A stretch of DNA of 64,000 nt, taken from the NCBI GenBank assembly GCA_964600575.1, contig CAZRJH010000003.1:17640-81639 (forward strand). The letters run 5' to 3'. Numbering within the stretch: position 1 is the first letter of the stretch; the number at the start of each line of letters is the position of its first letter. The DNA is from an uncultured Gammaproteobacteria bacterium. GTDB taxonomy: Bacteria; Patescibacteriota; Microgenomatia; UBA8517. Made by a program: the position numbers and the translations under genes. Shown piece by piece: positions 43,787-53,943 of the stretch. The notes beneath the pieces are model-generated. The model did not search any database, was not told the DNA's origin, and was given only the letters and a program-made list of their open reading frames with translations.

Positions 43787-44688
43787 AAAAGCTTTTTGTT
43801 GTCGGCGGAAGCGGGATGGTTGCTTCTAGAGTAATCGAATTAATCGGAGCAGATTTCGAAGTCACCTCGTTAGACGAAAAGACTTTGGACATAACCGACT
43901 CTCAAAAAGTTAACGAATTTTTTGAGAAAAACGAATTTGATATTATTGCCAACTTTGCCGCTTTTACAAATGTTGACGCAGCCGAAAAAGAAAGCGGCGA
44001 TCAAAACGGATTAGTTTACCGACTAAACGTAGAAGGTCCAAAAAATTTGGCAGCGGCTTGCAAAAGCAAAGGAAAGTTTTTGCTGCATATTTCTACAGAC
44101 TTTGTTTTTAAAGGATCGTTGGATGCAGCAGGCCCTTATATGGAAAACTCCGAACTACCCCAAACCAACGAAGGAATCGGATGGTACGGTTGGACTAAAA
44201 ATCTTGCAGAGAAAGAACTCGCCGGGATAGAAGGACTAAAATATGCCGTAATAAGATACGGCTATCCCTTTAGGGCAAAAGTTTTTGAGGCTAAAAAAGA
44301 TTGGGCAAGAAATTTGATCAGTTTGTACAACGAACAAAAATTATACCCGTTATTTAATGACCAAGTACAAAGCGTACTTTTTGTGGACGACCTTGCAGAA
44401 CCGTTCGCCAAAATATGCGATAAAGAACTTGCGGGCGTATTCCATATAGCCTCTTCCGACACTGTAACTCCGTTTGAGGCGGCTAAATATCTCTTGGAAA
44501 GTTATTCAAAAAAGGATGTGGAGCTTGCCGAAGGGTATATGGTAGATTTTTTGAATGCTCCAGGAAGAACGCCAAGGCCAAGGTTGGGCGGGCTAGATGT
44601 AACTCAAACCGAAGAATCACTGCAAATGGAGTTTCGGTCCTGGAGAGAGATGATAGACGAGTTTGTTCTTCAATCGTCTAGTGAATAA
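43783..44688 (+). CDS. rfbD: dTDP-4-dehydrorhamnose reductase
   Basis: GGSGMVAS Rossmann motif, RmlD-like length and blocks; ATGA overlap with rfbC. Confidence 0.8.
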   Translation: MKKLFVVGGSGMVASRVIELIGADFEVTSLDEKTLDITDSQKVNEFFEKNEFDIIANFAAFTNVDAAEKESGDQNGLVYRLNVEGPKNLAAACKSKGKFLLHISTDFVFKGSLDAAGPYMENSELPQTNEGIGWYGWTKNLAEKELAGIEGLKYAVIRYGYPFRAKVFEAKKDWARNLISLYNEQKLYPLFNDQVQSVLFVDDLAEPFAKICDKELAGVFHIASSDTVTPFEAAKYLLESYSKKDVELAEGYMVDFLNAPGRTPRPRLGGLDVTQTEESLQMEFRSWREMIDEFVLQSSSE

Positions 44689-44987
44689 TCCGAAGGTCTT
44701 AACCCGAATATTAGCTGGGCCCTCTGGCTCAGAAAGTTCAAACTAGCCTCTCGTATTGCAAAATCTTTAGAAGTTTCCTGGAGAAGTTTAGCCCCTACAA
44801 TGTCTCCGTTAGAGTTTTTCCCTACCGCTATGTGGTACATTCTTGATTCCGCATCTGCAGGTATTAGATCAGGAAATCCAAATGCCTGGGCCAAAAGGCG
44901 ATTCCAGTCTTCAACTTCTGCCTGAACAACCACTTTATTTCCGGGTATCATTTCGGGAACGGGAACACTATAACAAGTCTCTTTCAT
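44670..44987 (-). CDS. Hypothetical small protein (105 aa) downstream of trmD
   Basis: ORF only; not ribosomal protein L19 by sequence. Confidence 0.3.
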   Translation of the reverse strand: MKETCYSVPVPEMIPGNKVVVQAEVEDWNRLLAQAFGFPDLIPADAESRMYHIAVGKNSNGDIVGAKLLQETSKDFAIREASLNFLSQRAQLIFGLRPSDYSLDD

Positions 44988-44999
44988 GGATGAGGGATA

Positions 45000-45629
45000 T
45001 TAGTTCTTTTTTCGCCACAAGTCAATTTCTTTATGATTCCCCGATAACAGCACTTTAGGAACTTCCCAGCCGTTATATTTCTCGGGTCTTGTGTATTGGG
45101 GATATTCCAGATAACCCGGATATTTATGTGACTCGTCAACCGAAGACTCATCTTTGCCCAGAACACCGGGAATTAGCCTAATTACGCTATCCACCAAAAG
45201 CATTGACGCAAGCTCGCCGCCAGTTAAGACAAAATCTCCTACGGAGATTACTTCATCAACAAGGTGTTCGTGGACTCTGTGATCAATTCCTTCGTAATGT
45301 CCGGCTATTAAAACTAAATTTTTTTCCGTGCTTAAGCTTTGAGACTTTGTCTGGACCAATCTTTCACCGGTCGCGTCTAAAAGTATCACTTTTGATTCTT
45401 TGGTTCTAATTTCTTTTAGGGCATTGTCTATTACATCAACTCTTAAAATCATACCGACTCCGCCGCCGTAGGGTCTGTCGTCAACATTTCTTCTTTCCGT
45501 ATCACCCCATTTTCTAAGGTCATGAACCCTGATTTTAACCAGCTTTTTGCTTTCGGCTCTTTTGATAATCGAGGCATCAAAAGGCCCTTTATACATGTCA
45601 GGGAAGAGTGTTAGTATGTCAATTTCCAT
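45000..45629 (-). CDS. trmD: tRNA (guanine37-N1)-methyltransferase
   Basis: LTLFPDMY, DDRPYGGGVGM, LIAGHYEGIDHRV, GDFVLTGGELA are TrmD SPOUT blocks. Confidence 0.9.
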   Translation of the reverse strand: MEIDILTLFPDMYKGPFDASIIKRAESKKLVKIRVHDLRKWGDTERRNVDDRPYGGGVGMILRVDVIDNALKEIRTKESKVILLDATGERLVQTKSQSLSTEKNLVLIAGHYEGIDHRVHEHLVDEVISVGDFVLTGGELASMLLVDSVIRLIPGVLGKDESSVDESHKYPGYLEYPQYTRPEKYNGWEVPKVLLSGNHKEIDLWRKKN

Positions 45630-45653
45630 ACGGGTATTGTATCATTTGTTGAA

Positions 45654-46817
45654 ATGGACAAGGTTGTAATTGTGATGCCGGCTTATAACGAATCTCAGAA
45701 TATTGCACTGATGATTCACGAACTTTTCGAAAACGAATTTCCTAAAATAGAGGGGGCCCAAATGCATTTGTTGGTGGTGGATGATTATTCTCCCGACGGA
45801 ACGGGGGATGTGGTCAAAAAACTAATGCCCAAATATAAAAATCTTCACATACTCCAAAAAAACAAAGAAGGTTTGGGCTGGGCTTACATCAGAGGTTTTG
45901 AATATGCGGTAGAGAAAATAAATGCCGATGCTGTTGTCGAAATGGATGCCGATTTTCAACATCCGCCAAGATTTGTTAAACCGATGGTTGATGCCTATAT
46001 CGACGGAGCAGACTATGTTATCGGCAGTAGATATATAAAAGGAGGATCTGTCCCAAAAGAATGGGCTTTTTTTAGAAAAGCCATTAGTGCACTAGGTAAT
46101 CTTTTTATACGTTTGGTTCTAATTAAACCCCAAATACACGATTTAACCACGGGCTTTCGGCTTACACGGGTTAAAGGAGTTTTGGATAAGATAAACCTAA
46201 ACGGTCTTATGGAACCGGAGAGATTTGCCTATAAAGTTGATCTTTTATACCAAAGCATAAAAAATTCTAAAAAAACCGTAGAAGTCCCATTGGAATTCGC
46301 GGCACGTACAAAAGAAAAATCCAAATTTAATACTAAAGAAATGGTTTCCACTTTTAAAATAGCGGTGATTTTGGGAATCAAAGACAAAATAAGGCTCATT
46401 AAGTTTGCAATAGTCGGTTTTGTCGGCTTTTTGGTTAACTATTTAAGCTTGGAATTTCTAAAAAGTATTGGTGTTTCCACCTACTTATCGGCACTGTTCG
46501 CAACGGAGGTTGCAATCGTCTCTAACTTTACATTCAATAATATCTGGACATTTAGGGATAAAGAAATTGTAAGAGTTAAAGACATAGTCATTCAATTTCT
46601 TAAATTTAATTTGTCATCGATGGTGGCCGTTATCGTACAACCTTTGATAGTTACTTTGGCAGTTAAGCTGGCCGGTGATACCCCGCTTGTTCATCTTGGA
46701 GGCCTGCTTTTTGCGCTTCTTTTCATAATAGTTCCATATAACTATGTGGTTTATAACTTGTTTATCTGGAAAACATGGAAGCTTCCAAAATTCAACGGGA
46801 AGAAAAAGGAACTCTAA
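45654..46817 (+). CDS. GT2 polyprenol-phosphate sugar synthase (DPM1-like) fused to a C-terminal GtrA-like membrane domain
   Basis: VVIVMPAYNE..VVDDYSPDGT..DADFQHPP (GT2-A); C-terminal FAIVGFVGFLVNYLSLEFL...ATEVAIVSNFTFNNIWTFRD (GtrA-like, 4 TM). Confidence 0.8.
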   Translation: MDKVVIVMPAYNESQNIALMIHELFENEFPKIEGAQMHLLVVDDYSPDGTGDVVKKLMPKYKNLHILQKNKEGLGWAYIRGFEYAVEKINADAVVEMDADFQHPPRFVKPMVDAYIDGADYVIGSRYIKGGSVPKEWAFFRKAISALGNLFIRLVLIKPQIHDLTTGFRLTRVKGVLDKINLNGLMEPERFAYKVDLLYQSIKNSKKTVEVPLEFAARTKEKSKFNTKEMVSTFKIAVILGIKDKIRLIKFAIVGFVGFLVNYLSLEFLKSIGVSTYLSALFATEVAIVSNFTFNNIWTFRDKEIVRVKDIVIQFLKFNLSSMVAVIVQPLIVTLAVKLAGDTPLVHLGGLLFALLFIIVPYNYVVYNLFIWKTWKLPKFNGKKKEL

Positions 46818-47202
46818 ACTTGTATCCGTAGTTAATTAATCCCTTGTCACCATCTTCATTTAACTTTCTGGTTACCATTTCCACACTTGTTCCTATTTCT
46901 ATAGGTTTTGTCGGGTCCTCCAAATCCGTTATCTGCGCAGTTATCATTGGCCCTTCTTCTAATTTAATTAACGCGACCTGGTATGGAGTATTTTCTTCAA
47001 AGCCGGCCGGAGCCTCAAAAACAACAGTTGATGAATAAATGGTCCCTTTTCCGCTAAAGTTGAAAGGTATCTTGGCTTCGCCGTGACAGTCAGGGCAGAC
47101 GTCTCTCGGTGGAAAAACTTTATGCCCCTCGTTACAGACTTCACCTACCAGTCGGTATCTTTGGCTTTTTAGACGCCAATGTCGTGGAATTTCATGACTC
47201 AT
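46792..47202 (-). CDS. DUF35-family Zn-ribbon plus OB-fold protein
   Basis: CNEGH...CPDCH zinc ribbon followed by an OB-fold-like C-terminus; 136 aa. Confidence 0.6.
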   Translation of the reverse strand: MSHEIPRHWRLKSQRYRLVGEVCNEGHKVFPPRDVCPDCHGEAKIPFNFSGKGTIYSSTVVFEAPAGFEENTPYQVALIKLEEGPMITAQITDLEDPTKPIEIGTSVEMVTRKLNEDGDKGLINYGYKFRVPFSSR

Positions 47203-47241
47203 ACATAAATTAGTCTATAGTGGCAGGGAAAAACCCACGAT

Positions 47242-48399
47242 TTAAAGAAATGGAGCCCAATTGCTAATCGGCATTACATTTTGAGATATAAAGCTGACTG
47301 CAAATAAATATACGGGTAAAAGCAGAAGTAAAAACACGGGTCTATATGCCTTTTTTGTAATTTGTTGGCCAAACGCAATAAACAAAAACGGAACAACGGG
47401 CAAAAAGTACCTTAATATATCCCTATGCGAAACAAAAAGTATAAAAAAGTAAAAAACTCCGGCAAAAGTTGCCAACTCAAATTCCTTCATTCTTATCAGT
47501 TTTAAAACTCCGACTGCACCAACCGCATATATAAACAATATTTCTTCTAACCAACTTGTACCAACCCAAGCAGAAGCATAATTAAAAATCTGAAAGGGGG
47601 GAAACCCCAAATGAATATTGTCCCCGGAATTAAAGTATGCCCAAAAGTCTCCCGTCCTAAAATAATAAAGTGAAAATACTGCGATCAGTGCTGTCGGGAT
47701 AAGGAAAATCGGAAGCGTTTTAGGTAGGTTAAAGTTTTTTAGTATATTTTTAAGTGATAGCTTCTCCATCTTTAAGTTTGGAATTGTCAAATAAATAAAA
47801 TAAGAAATAAAAAGTAAAATTCCGGCTGATTTAGTTAATTGTGCAATCATGCCCCAAATTCCCGAAGGCAAATAATTTTTATGTTTAAAGTAATAAACCG
47901 AAGCAATAATTGATGCCACAAAAAGCGGGTCTGCACTTCCCACAGTTCTAACAATCAACCAACGTGCCGGTAGTACCGAAAAAACAAATGTTAAAAAGTA
48001 TGCGGAACTTTCATCAAAATAGTCGTCGGCAAGCTTTTTGAAAAAATAAATTGATATAAACGAAGAAACTAAGGTTACGGAAAGCATTGCATAAGGAAAA
48101 TTGGTAACTAAGGAAAAAAGTCTGATCAAGGCGGGAAAGAGCGGAAAGTGAGCTGCATAATATTCAGAAGGTAGGGGGAATTGATAGTTGGCCTCGATCA
48201 ACGGCTTGTCATAAAAGGTCTTAGAAACAACCATATATAAAGGGCCGTCAAAATTAGAGACTATTGAAGCCATTCCCATATCCGGAATAGGGATTCCCCA
48301 AACAGAGGGTAAACGCAAAAAAAACGGTAGCCACAAAAGTACAACGGGAAAAAGAGTAAAAATCCCAATCGCTACAAACTCCTTTATTCTTTTTGGCAT
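47242..48399 (-). CDS. Polytopic membrane protein (385 aa), possible GT-C-like glycosyltransferase
   Basis: About 10 TM segments; no specific motif. Confidence 0.45.
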   Translation of the reverse strand: MPKRIKEFVAIGIFTLFPVVLLWLPFFLRLPSVWGIPIPDMGMASIVSNFDGPLYMVVSKTFYDKPLIEANYQFPLPSEYYAAHFPLFPALIRLFSLVTNFPYAMLSVTLVSSFISIYFFKKLADDYFDESSAYFLTFVFSVLPARWLIVRTVGSADPLFVASIIASVYYFKHKNYLPSGIWGMIAQLTKSAGILLFISYFIYLTIPNLKMEKLSLKNILKNFNLPKTLPIFLIPTALIAVFSLYYFRTGDFWAYFNSGDNIHLGFPPFQIFNYASAWVGTSWLEEILFIYAVGAVGVLKLIRMKEFELATFAGVFYFFILFVSHRDILRYFLPVVPFLFIAFGQQITKKAYRPVFLLLLLPVYLFAVSFISQNVMPISNWAPFL

Positions 48400-48470
48400 A
48401 CTTCTATGCCTAGCTTAACACATTCATAAGTAGTTTTTCTACAAAGCGGGATATATGCTAGACTTCGTAT

Positions 48471-49181
48471 GTGAAGGAAAAAATTAAAGAAATATCGGTA
48501 TTTTTACCTACTTTCAACGAAAGAGATAATATTTCCGATGTTGTCCTCAAAACAAAAACAGTTCTTTCCGGTGTGGCACAGACCTGGGAACTTATCGTTG
48601 TAAACGACGGTTCCAGCGACGGCACAAAAGAGGTTGTTTCCGGTTTATCAAAATCCGATAACCGTATAAAACTTATTAATCACGATCAAAATAAAGGCTA
48701 CGGAGCATCGCTTCGCTCGGGTTTTTACGGCGCTAAATACTCCTGGATAGCTTTTATAGATTCCGACGGACAATTTGATTTTTCCGAAATAGATAAGTTC
48801 ATAAGCAAGCAAAAAGAGACGGGTAGCGATATGGTAATCGGATACTATAAAAAAAGAAGAGTATCTCTTGCTAAAATTGTCACGAGCCGAATGTGGGAAT
48901 TTGCCGTATGGGCCCTTTTCGGGTTAAAAGTTAAAGATATAGATTGCGGATTTAAGTTCGTTTCCAAAAAGGTTATAGACGGAATTGCCAAACTGGAAAG
49001 CGAAAGGGGAGCGTTTATATCCAGCGAACTTTTAATAAAAGCCAAAAAGTCTGGATTTAAAATAGTCGAAGTGCCTGTTACTCATTATCCCAGGACAAAA
49101 GGTGCGGGAACAGGAAGAAGGCTTAACGTTATAATTAAAAGCTTTATAGATCTTGCGAGACTTTACAAAAACTTAAGATGA
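48471..49181 (+). CDS. GT2 glycosyltransferase (polyprenol-phosphate glycosyltransferase-like)
   Basis: ISVFLPTFNE..VVNDGSSDGT..DSDGQFD GT2-A motifs; 236 aa. Confidence 0.8.
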   Translation: MKEKIKEISVFLPTFNERDNISDVVLKTKTVLSGVAQTWELIVVNDGSSDGTKEVVSGLSKSDNRIKLINHDQNKGYGASLRSGFYGAKYSWIAFIDSDGQFDFSEIDKFISKQKETGSDMVIGYYKKRRVSLAKIVTSRMWEFAVWALFGLKVKDIDCGFKFVSKKVIDGIAKLESERGAFISSELLIKAKKSGFKIVEVPVTHYPRTKGAGTGRRLNVIIKSFIDLARLYKNLR

Positions 49182-50698
49182 AAAAAATATTTACAAATTT
49201 AAAAAAATGGAAACAGCAAAATCCTAAGGAATTTTGGATAATTACCATAATCTTGGTTCTGTCTGCGGTTTTCCGATTTTTTAAGATAGATCAATATATG
49301 ACTTTTTTGGGAGACGAAGGTCGCGATGTCATTATTGTCAAAAGGCTCTTAACCGAAGCCCATCCACCTTTGATAGGTCCGGGTACTTCCATCGGAGGAA
49401 TGTATTTAGGTCCGCTTTATTATTATATGATGGCACCTGCCCTACTTTTGGCGGGTTTTTCACCTATCGGCCCGGCCACAATGGTTGCCGTTTTGGGTGT
49501 AATTACGGTATTTTTTGTTTGGTATGTTGCGAGAGAATGGTTTGGTACCAAAGCGGCCGCAATTTCTGCGTTTCTTTACGCCATATCTCCGACTGTTATA
49601 ATTTTTTCGCGATCTTCCTGGAACCCCAACATTATGCCTTTCTTTTCTTTGCTTTCGGTTTATTCAATTTGGAGAGTTTGGAAACATAACGAATATAAGT
49701 GGCTTATTGTTCTTGGGATAGCATTTGCCTTTGTAATGCAGTCTCACTATTTGGGACTTTTACTTGCTCCTACATTATTTATTTATTGGCTTATTTCATA
49801 TTTAAAGAACAAAAAAGCGGGTATAGATAAAAAAATGTTCAAATATTCTTTGTTGGGATACGGTTTATTTTTACTCCTAATGAGTCCACTTTTGATTTTT
49901 GATTTAAGGCACGATTTTATGAACTCGAGAGCGATGTATCAATTTTTTACCGTAAGACAGACAACTGTTTCTGCAAAACCGTGGAGTGCGGTTCCAAAAG
50001 TTCCCGAAATATTTAAACAAATTAATACAAGTTTGGTGGGGGCAAAAAATAACCAACTTGCTTCTTTTTCTTCTTTGTTCATAGCGATAGGAATCTTATT
50101 TGTAATATTTAGAAAAGTTAAAAATAGGGAGCAGTATATTCTTTTGACATTGTGGTATCTTTTTGGCCTCATCGGGTTTGGCGTCTACAAACAATCCATC
50201 TATGATCATTATTTCGGTTTTGTGTTTGTAATTCCGTTTTTGTTTTTGGGTGGTTTTTTGAGTTCCTTACTAGACAAAAAAGGTTTTGTAAAATTTGCCT
50301 CTTTTTTGTTTTTGGCTTACTTGGTTTATATGAATCTTTTAGAAAACCCGCTTAGATTTTCTCCAAACAATCAATTGCAACGAAGTATAAATGTATCTCA
50401 AAAAGTTATCGACGAGTCGAGCGGAAACAAATTTAATCTGGCAGTGCTTGCCGAAAGAAATTACGAAGACGGGTATAGATACTTTTTAGAACTTAAGGGC
50501 GCAAAAGTCTTACATGCAGACAGATGGAACCAGGAAACTATATCAGATCAATTGTTTGTGATTTGCGAAATGGAAGAAAAAAAGTGCGACCCAACGCATT
50601 CTCCAAAAGCCGAGGTTGCAAATTTTGGCATGACTAAAATAGATAAGCAATGGAATGTTAACGGGGTTATAATATACCGTTTGTTGCATACAAAATGA
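49178..50698 (+). CDS. GT39 (PMT/ArnT-like) membrane glycosyltransferase-like; paralog 2 of 3
   Basis: DEGRDVIIVKRLL..LIGPGTSIGGMYLGPLYYYMMAP is colinear with the 10074 and 51668 products; ATGA overlap with the upstream GT2 gene. Confidence 0.65.
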   Translation: MKKIFTNLKKWKQQNPKEFWIITIILVLSAVFRFFKIDQYMTFLGDEGRDVIIVKRLLTEAHPPLIGPGTSIGGMYLGPLYYYMMAPALLLAGFSPIGPATMVAVLGVITVFFVWYVAREWFGTKAAAISAFLYAISPTVIIFSRSSWNPNIMPFFSLLSVYSIWRVWKHNEYKWLIVLGIAFAFVMQSHYLGLLLAPTLFIYWLISYLKNKKAGIDKKMFKYSLLGYGLFLLLMSPLLIFDLRHDFMNSRAMYQFFTVRQTTVSAKPWSAVPKVPEIFKQINTSLVGAKNNQLASFSSLFIAIGILFVIFRKVKNREQYILLTLWYLFGLIGFGVYKQSIYDHYFGFVFVIPFLFLGGFLSSLLDKKGFVKFASFLFLAYLVYMNLLENPLRFSPNNQLQRSINVSQKVIDESSGNKFNLAVLAERNYEDGYRYFLELKGAKVLHADRWNQETISDQLFVICEMEEKKCDPTHSPKAEVANFGMTKIDKQWNVNGVIIYRLLHTK

Positions 50699-51684
50699 AT
50701 TACGCAAAATCAAAAACCGTACTCAAAGAAATAACTAAAGCAAAAAAGATTCTGATAAATTGTCACAGAAGCCCGGATCCCGACAGTTGTGGCGGCGCTT
50801 TGGCAATGAGGAGAGTGCTTTTGGATATGGATAAAGAAGTTAAAGTTATTTGTCCGGACCCGATTGGGGACGATTCTGAATTTCTTAAAAATTCGGTTTT
50901 TGTAGAACAAATAGACTATGAAAATTTCGATTTTTCGGAATACGATCTTTTCTTGATTCAAGATTCATCGGAGTGGAGCCAAGTTACTGGTTTTGGTAAA
51001 GGAGAAGTAAAGGGTATCAAAACAATCGTAATCGATCATCACTACACTAACTCTGGTTTTGGCGACATAAACTTATTAGACGGCGACAGGAGCTCAACAT
51101 GCGAAGTTCTTTATAGAATTTTTTCCGATTGGAAGATAAGTATAAATTCCGAAGTTGCGGAAGACCTTTTGGCCGGTTTAATTTATGACACCTCCTCTCT
51201 CATGCACTCAAGTGCCGACGCAGAAACGGCAAAAACATATTCGCGGCTCATGGAGCTGGGGGCCGATAAAGACAAAATTATATTAAATATTTTTAGAAAT
51301 ATAAGTTTCGAAAATATAAAATTGATGGGAGAAATATTGAAAAATATGGATACGGATGAAGAAGCCGGATTTGTATATTCGGCCATACCTTACGAAACAT
51401 TTTCCACATACGGAACAACTTCGGGTGTCAAAAGTATGGCGGCAACGCTTTATGCGTCTTCGGTTAGAAACACTAATTATGGAATGATTATGGTCGAAGA
51501 AAAGAAAAATAATCTAAGCATAAGCTTGCGTGCAAAAGAGGGTTACGATATTTCAAAAGTTGCCGAAGTTTTAGGTGGCGGCGGACATAAACAGGCTGGA
51601 GCTGTATTGATGAGAAATGTAAAATTCGACAATGCAGTTATGAAAGCACTCGAAGCTGCGCGTAAATATGTCAGGAAAGCTTAA
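50695..51684 (+). CDS. nrnA: DHH-family phosphoesterase (NrnA-like oligoribonuclease/pAp phosphatase)
   Basis: HRSPDPDSCG, IDHH, GGGHKQAGA (DHHA1 GGGH) motifs; 329 aa. Confidence 0.75.
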   Translation: MNYAKSKTVLKEITKAKKILINCHRSPDPDSCGGALAMRRVLLDMDKEVKVICPDPIGDDSEFLKNSVFVEQIDYENFDFSEYDLFLIQDSSEWSQVTGFGKGEVKGIKTIVIDHHYTNSGFGDINLLDGDRSSTCEVLYRIFSDWKISINSEVAEDLLAGLIYDTSSLMHSSADAETAKTYSRLMELGADKDKIILNIFRNISFENIKLMGEILKNMDTDEEAGFVYSAIPYETFSTYGTTSGVKSMAATLYASSVRNTNYGMIMVEEKKNNLSISLRAKEGYDISKVAEVLGGGGHKQAGAVLMRNVKFDNAVMKALEAARKYVRKA

Positions 51685-53161
51685 AAGGTATCTAACTCCT
51701 TTCAACATTCTAATAGCGGTTGTTCTACTTATCGGGCTTTTGGTGAGGGTGTATCGGATAGACCAACTTTTAGGTTTTTATTACGACCAAGGTAGGGACG
51801 CCCTTGTTATTTGGGACCTAATTCATAAAGGTAAACTTTTTCTAATCGGACCCACCACCGGAATAGCGGGTATATTTAGAGGCCCCTGGTACTATTGGCT
51901 TATAACCCCATTTTACTTTTTGGGGAAGGGCGACCCTTTGTGGCCTTCGATATTTTTGTCGATTACAACAATGGCGGCGGTTTACCTGATGTATAAAATT
52001 GCATTGGAAATTGGCGGAAAGATGTCGGGATTTTTGGCCGCAATTATCGGCAGTCTTTCTTTATATATTGTCTATGCAAGCAGGTGGCTAAGTAACCCCA
52101 CCCCAATGCTTTTGATAAGCATGGGTGTAATTTATTCGCTTTTTCAGATAATCAAAAAGAAAGAAAACTACTGGGTTCTTTTGGCTTTTCTAATGGGTAT
52201 GTCTATGCAATTCGGGAGCAGCGGCGAAGTTTTTTATTTCCCGGCGGTTCTTATCATCATGTGGTGGAAAAAGCTTTGGCCAAAACCCAAGACATTACTG
52301 ATTTCCATAGCTATCTTTTCTGTCAGTTTTTTGCCGCAGGTAGCATTTGATATTAAACACAACGGGATATTAAGAGAGAATGTCTATAAATTTATTTTTG
52401 GAGAGGGAAGTTTTAAAGCTTCGTTTTGGGAAACAGTAAAGTTGAGATTTCCTTTTTATCTTGAAGTTTTTGGATCAAAAGTTTTTCCCCAGACGCCTTT
52501 GTATCAAAAGCTGTTAATTTTAATTTCGGGATTATTAATATTTTCTAAAAGAAAAAAACTTTTTTCCGATTACAAGTTTCCTGTGGTTTTGATATTTATT
52601 CTTTCACCAATTGTCGGTATGCTTTTTTTCCAGGGTAATTTTGGCAATGTATATGACTATTATTTTACGGGTTATTATTTTATTTTTATCCTTTTAGTGT
52701 CTGTTCTTTTAGGGATTAATACAGGAACAGTGTTCGGAAAAATTATATTTGTTGCATTCATTTTTTTATTTTTAAACGATAACATTCCGCAAGTTAGAAA
52801 TTACATAATATCCGGCGTAGACGGCCCGACGACTGTGGCTTACGGAAACCAAAAACAAGGAGTAGATTGGGTCTATCAAAAGGCGGCAGGCAGGCAGTTT
52901 AACATTGATGTTTATGTCCCTCCAGTGATACCTCATACATACGATTACCTTTTTAAATGGTACGGCCCAAAAAACTATAACTACAAACCTTTGGACGATA
53001 AGGTTGAACTTTTATATACTTTATATGAGGTAGATCCCGACCACCCCGAACGCTTGGATGCATGGCTAAAAAGACAAGAATCTATAGGAAAAGTGTTGGT
53101 TCAGGAAAAATTAGGAGGTGTAGTAGTTCAGGAAAGACTGCGTGCCAAAGATAAAAAATGA
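51668..53161 (+). CDS. GT39 (PMT/ArnT-like) membrane glycosyltransferase-like; paralog 3 of 3
   Basis: DQGRDALVIWDLIHKGKLFLIGPTTGIAGIFRGPWYYWLITPFYFLG; 497 aa polytopic. Confidence 0.65.
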   Translation: MSGKLKRYLTPFNILIAVVLLIGLLVRVYRIDQLLGFYYDQGRDALVIWDLIHKGKLFLIGPTTGIAGIFRGPWYYWLITPFYFLGKGDPLWPSIFLSITTMAAVYLMYKIALEIGGKMSGFLAAIIGSLSLYIVYASRWLSNPTPMLLISMGVIYSLFQIIKKKENYWVLLAFLMGMSMQFGSSGEVFYFPAVLIIMWWKKLWPKPKTLLISIAIFSVSFLPQVAFDIKHNGILRENVYKFIFGEGSFKASFWETVKLRFPFYLEVFGSKVFPQTPLYQKLLILISGLLIFSKRKKLFSDYKFPVVLIFILSPIVGMLFFQGNFGNVYDYYFTGYYFIFILLVSVLLGINTGTVFGKIIFVAFIFLFLNDNIPQVRNYIISGVDGPTTVAYGNQKQGVDWVYQKAAGRQFNIDVYVPPVIPHTYDYLFKWYGPKNYNYKPLDDKVELLYTLYEVDPDHPERLDAWLKRQESIGKVLVQEKLGGVVVQERLRAKDKK

Positions 53162-53904
53162 AACCTTATTTAAGTGTAATAATTCCCGCTTACAACGAAG
53201 AATATAATCTAAGAACGGGTGTTCTGGGGTCGGTCTACGACTATTTAAAAAAACAAAAATATTCTTGGGAAATTCTTTTTGTAAACGACGGCTCAACGGA
53301 TAAAACTTTGCAAATAGCCGAGGACTTTGCAAAAGGACATCCAAAGTTTTTTGTAATAAACGAACCTCATAGGGGAAAAGGCGGTACCGTAATTTCCGGA
53401 GTTTTAAAAGCTAAAGGTGATGTGATAATTTTTACCGATACCGACCAGGCCACACCCATTGATCAGCTGGAGAAAATTCTTCCCAAATTCAAAGAAGGCT
53501 ATAGTGTTGTAATCGGTTCAAGAACCGGTAGAGAGGGTGCCCCTATCATCAGAAAAGTAATGGCTTACGGTTTTTCCATATTAAGACTACTAGTCCTAAG
53601 GCTTCCGTTTAAAGATACTCAGTGCGGTTTCAAAGCTTTCTCTCAAAAAGCCGCCAAAGATATTTTTGGCAAACTTCAGATTTTTTCTAATAAAACACAA
53701 ACTTCAGGGGCATCGGTAACGGCGGGTTTTGATTTGGAGGTTTTGTATATTGCCAGAAAACTGGGATTTAAGGTGGCGGAAGTTGCAGTGGATTGGCATC
53801 ACAAAGAGGGAACAAAAGTTGACCCGCTTAAAGACTCCCTTGAAGGCCTCAAGGGCCTTTTAATGGTTAGATTTAATTCCTTGACGGGAAAATACGGACT
53901 TTAG
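53158..53904 (+). CDS. GT2 glycosyltransferase (polyprenol-phosphate glycosyltransferase-like)
   Basis: LSVIIPAYNEE..FVNDGSTDKT..DTDQATP GT2-A motifs; ATGA overlap with the upstream gene. Confidence 0.8.
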   Translation: MKPYLSVIIPAYNEEYNLRTGVLGSVYDYLKKQKYSWEILFVNDGSTDKTLQIAEDFAKGHPKFFVINEPHRGKGGTVISGVLKAKGDVIIFTDTDQATPIDQLEKILPKFKEGYSVVIGSRTGREGAPIIRKVMAYGFSILRLLVLRLPFKDTQCGFKAFSQKAAKDIFGKLQIFSNKTQTSGASVTAGFDLEVLYIARKLGFKVAEVAVDWHHKEGTKVDPLKDSLEGLKGLLMVRFNSLTGKYGL

Positions 53905-53943
53905 TGGACTTGAGTGCTAGATTTGTATAATATATAGAAATCA

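Noticed and set aside
44670-44987. Ribosomal protein L19 (rplS) expected downstream of trmD
   Set aside because: The 105-aa ORF in that position has no similarity to L19 (no characteristic Lys/Arg-rich N-terminus); kept only as a low-confidence hypothetical
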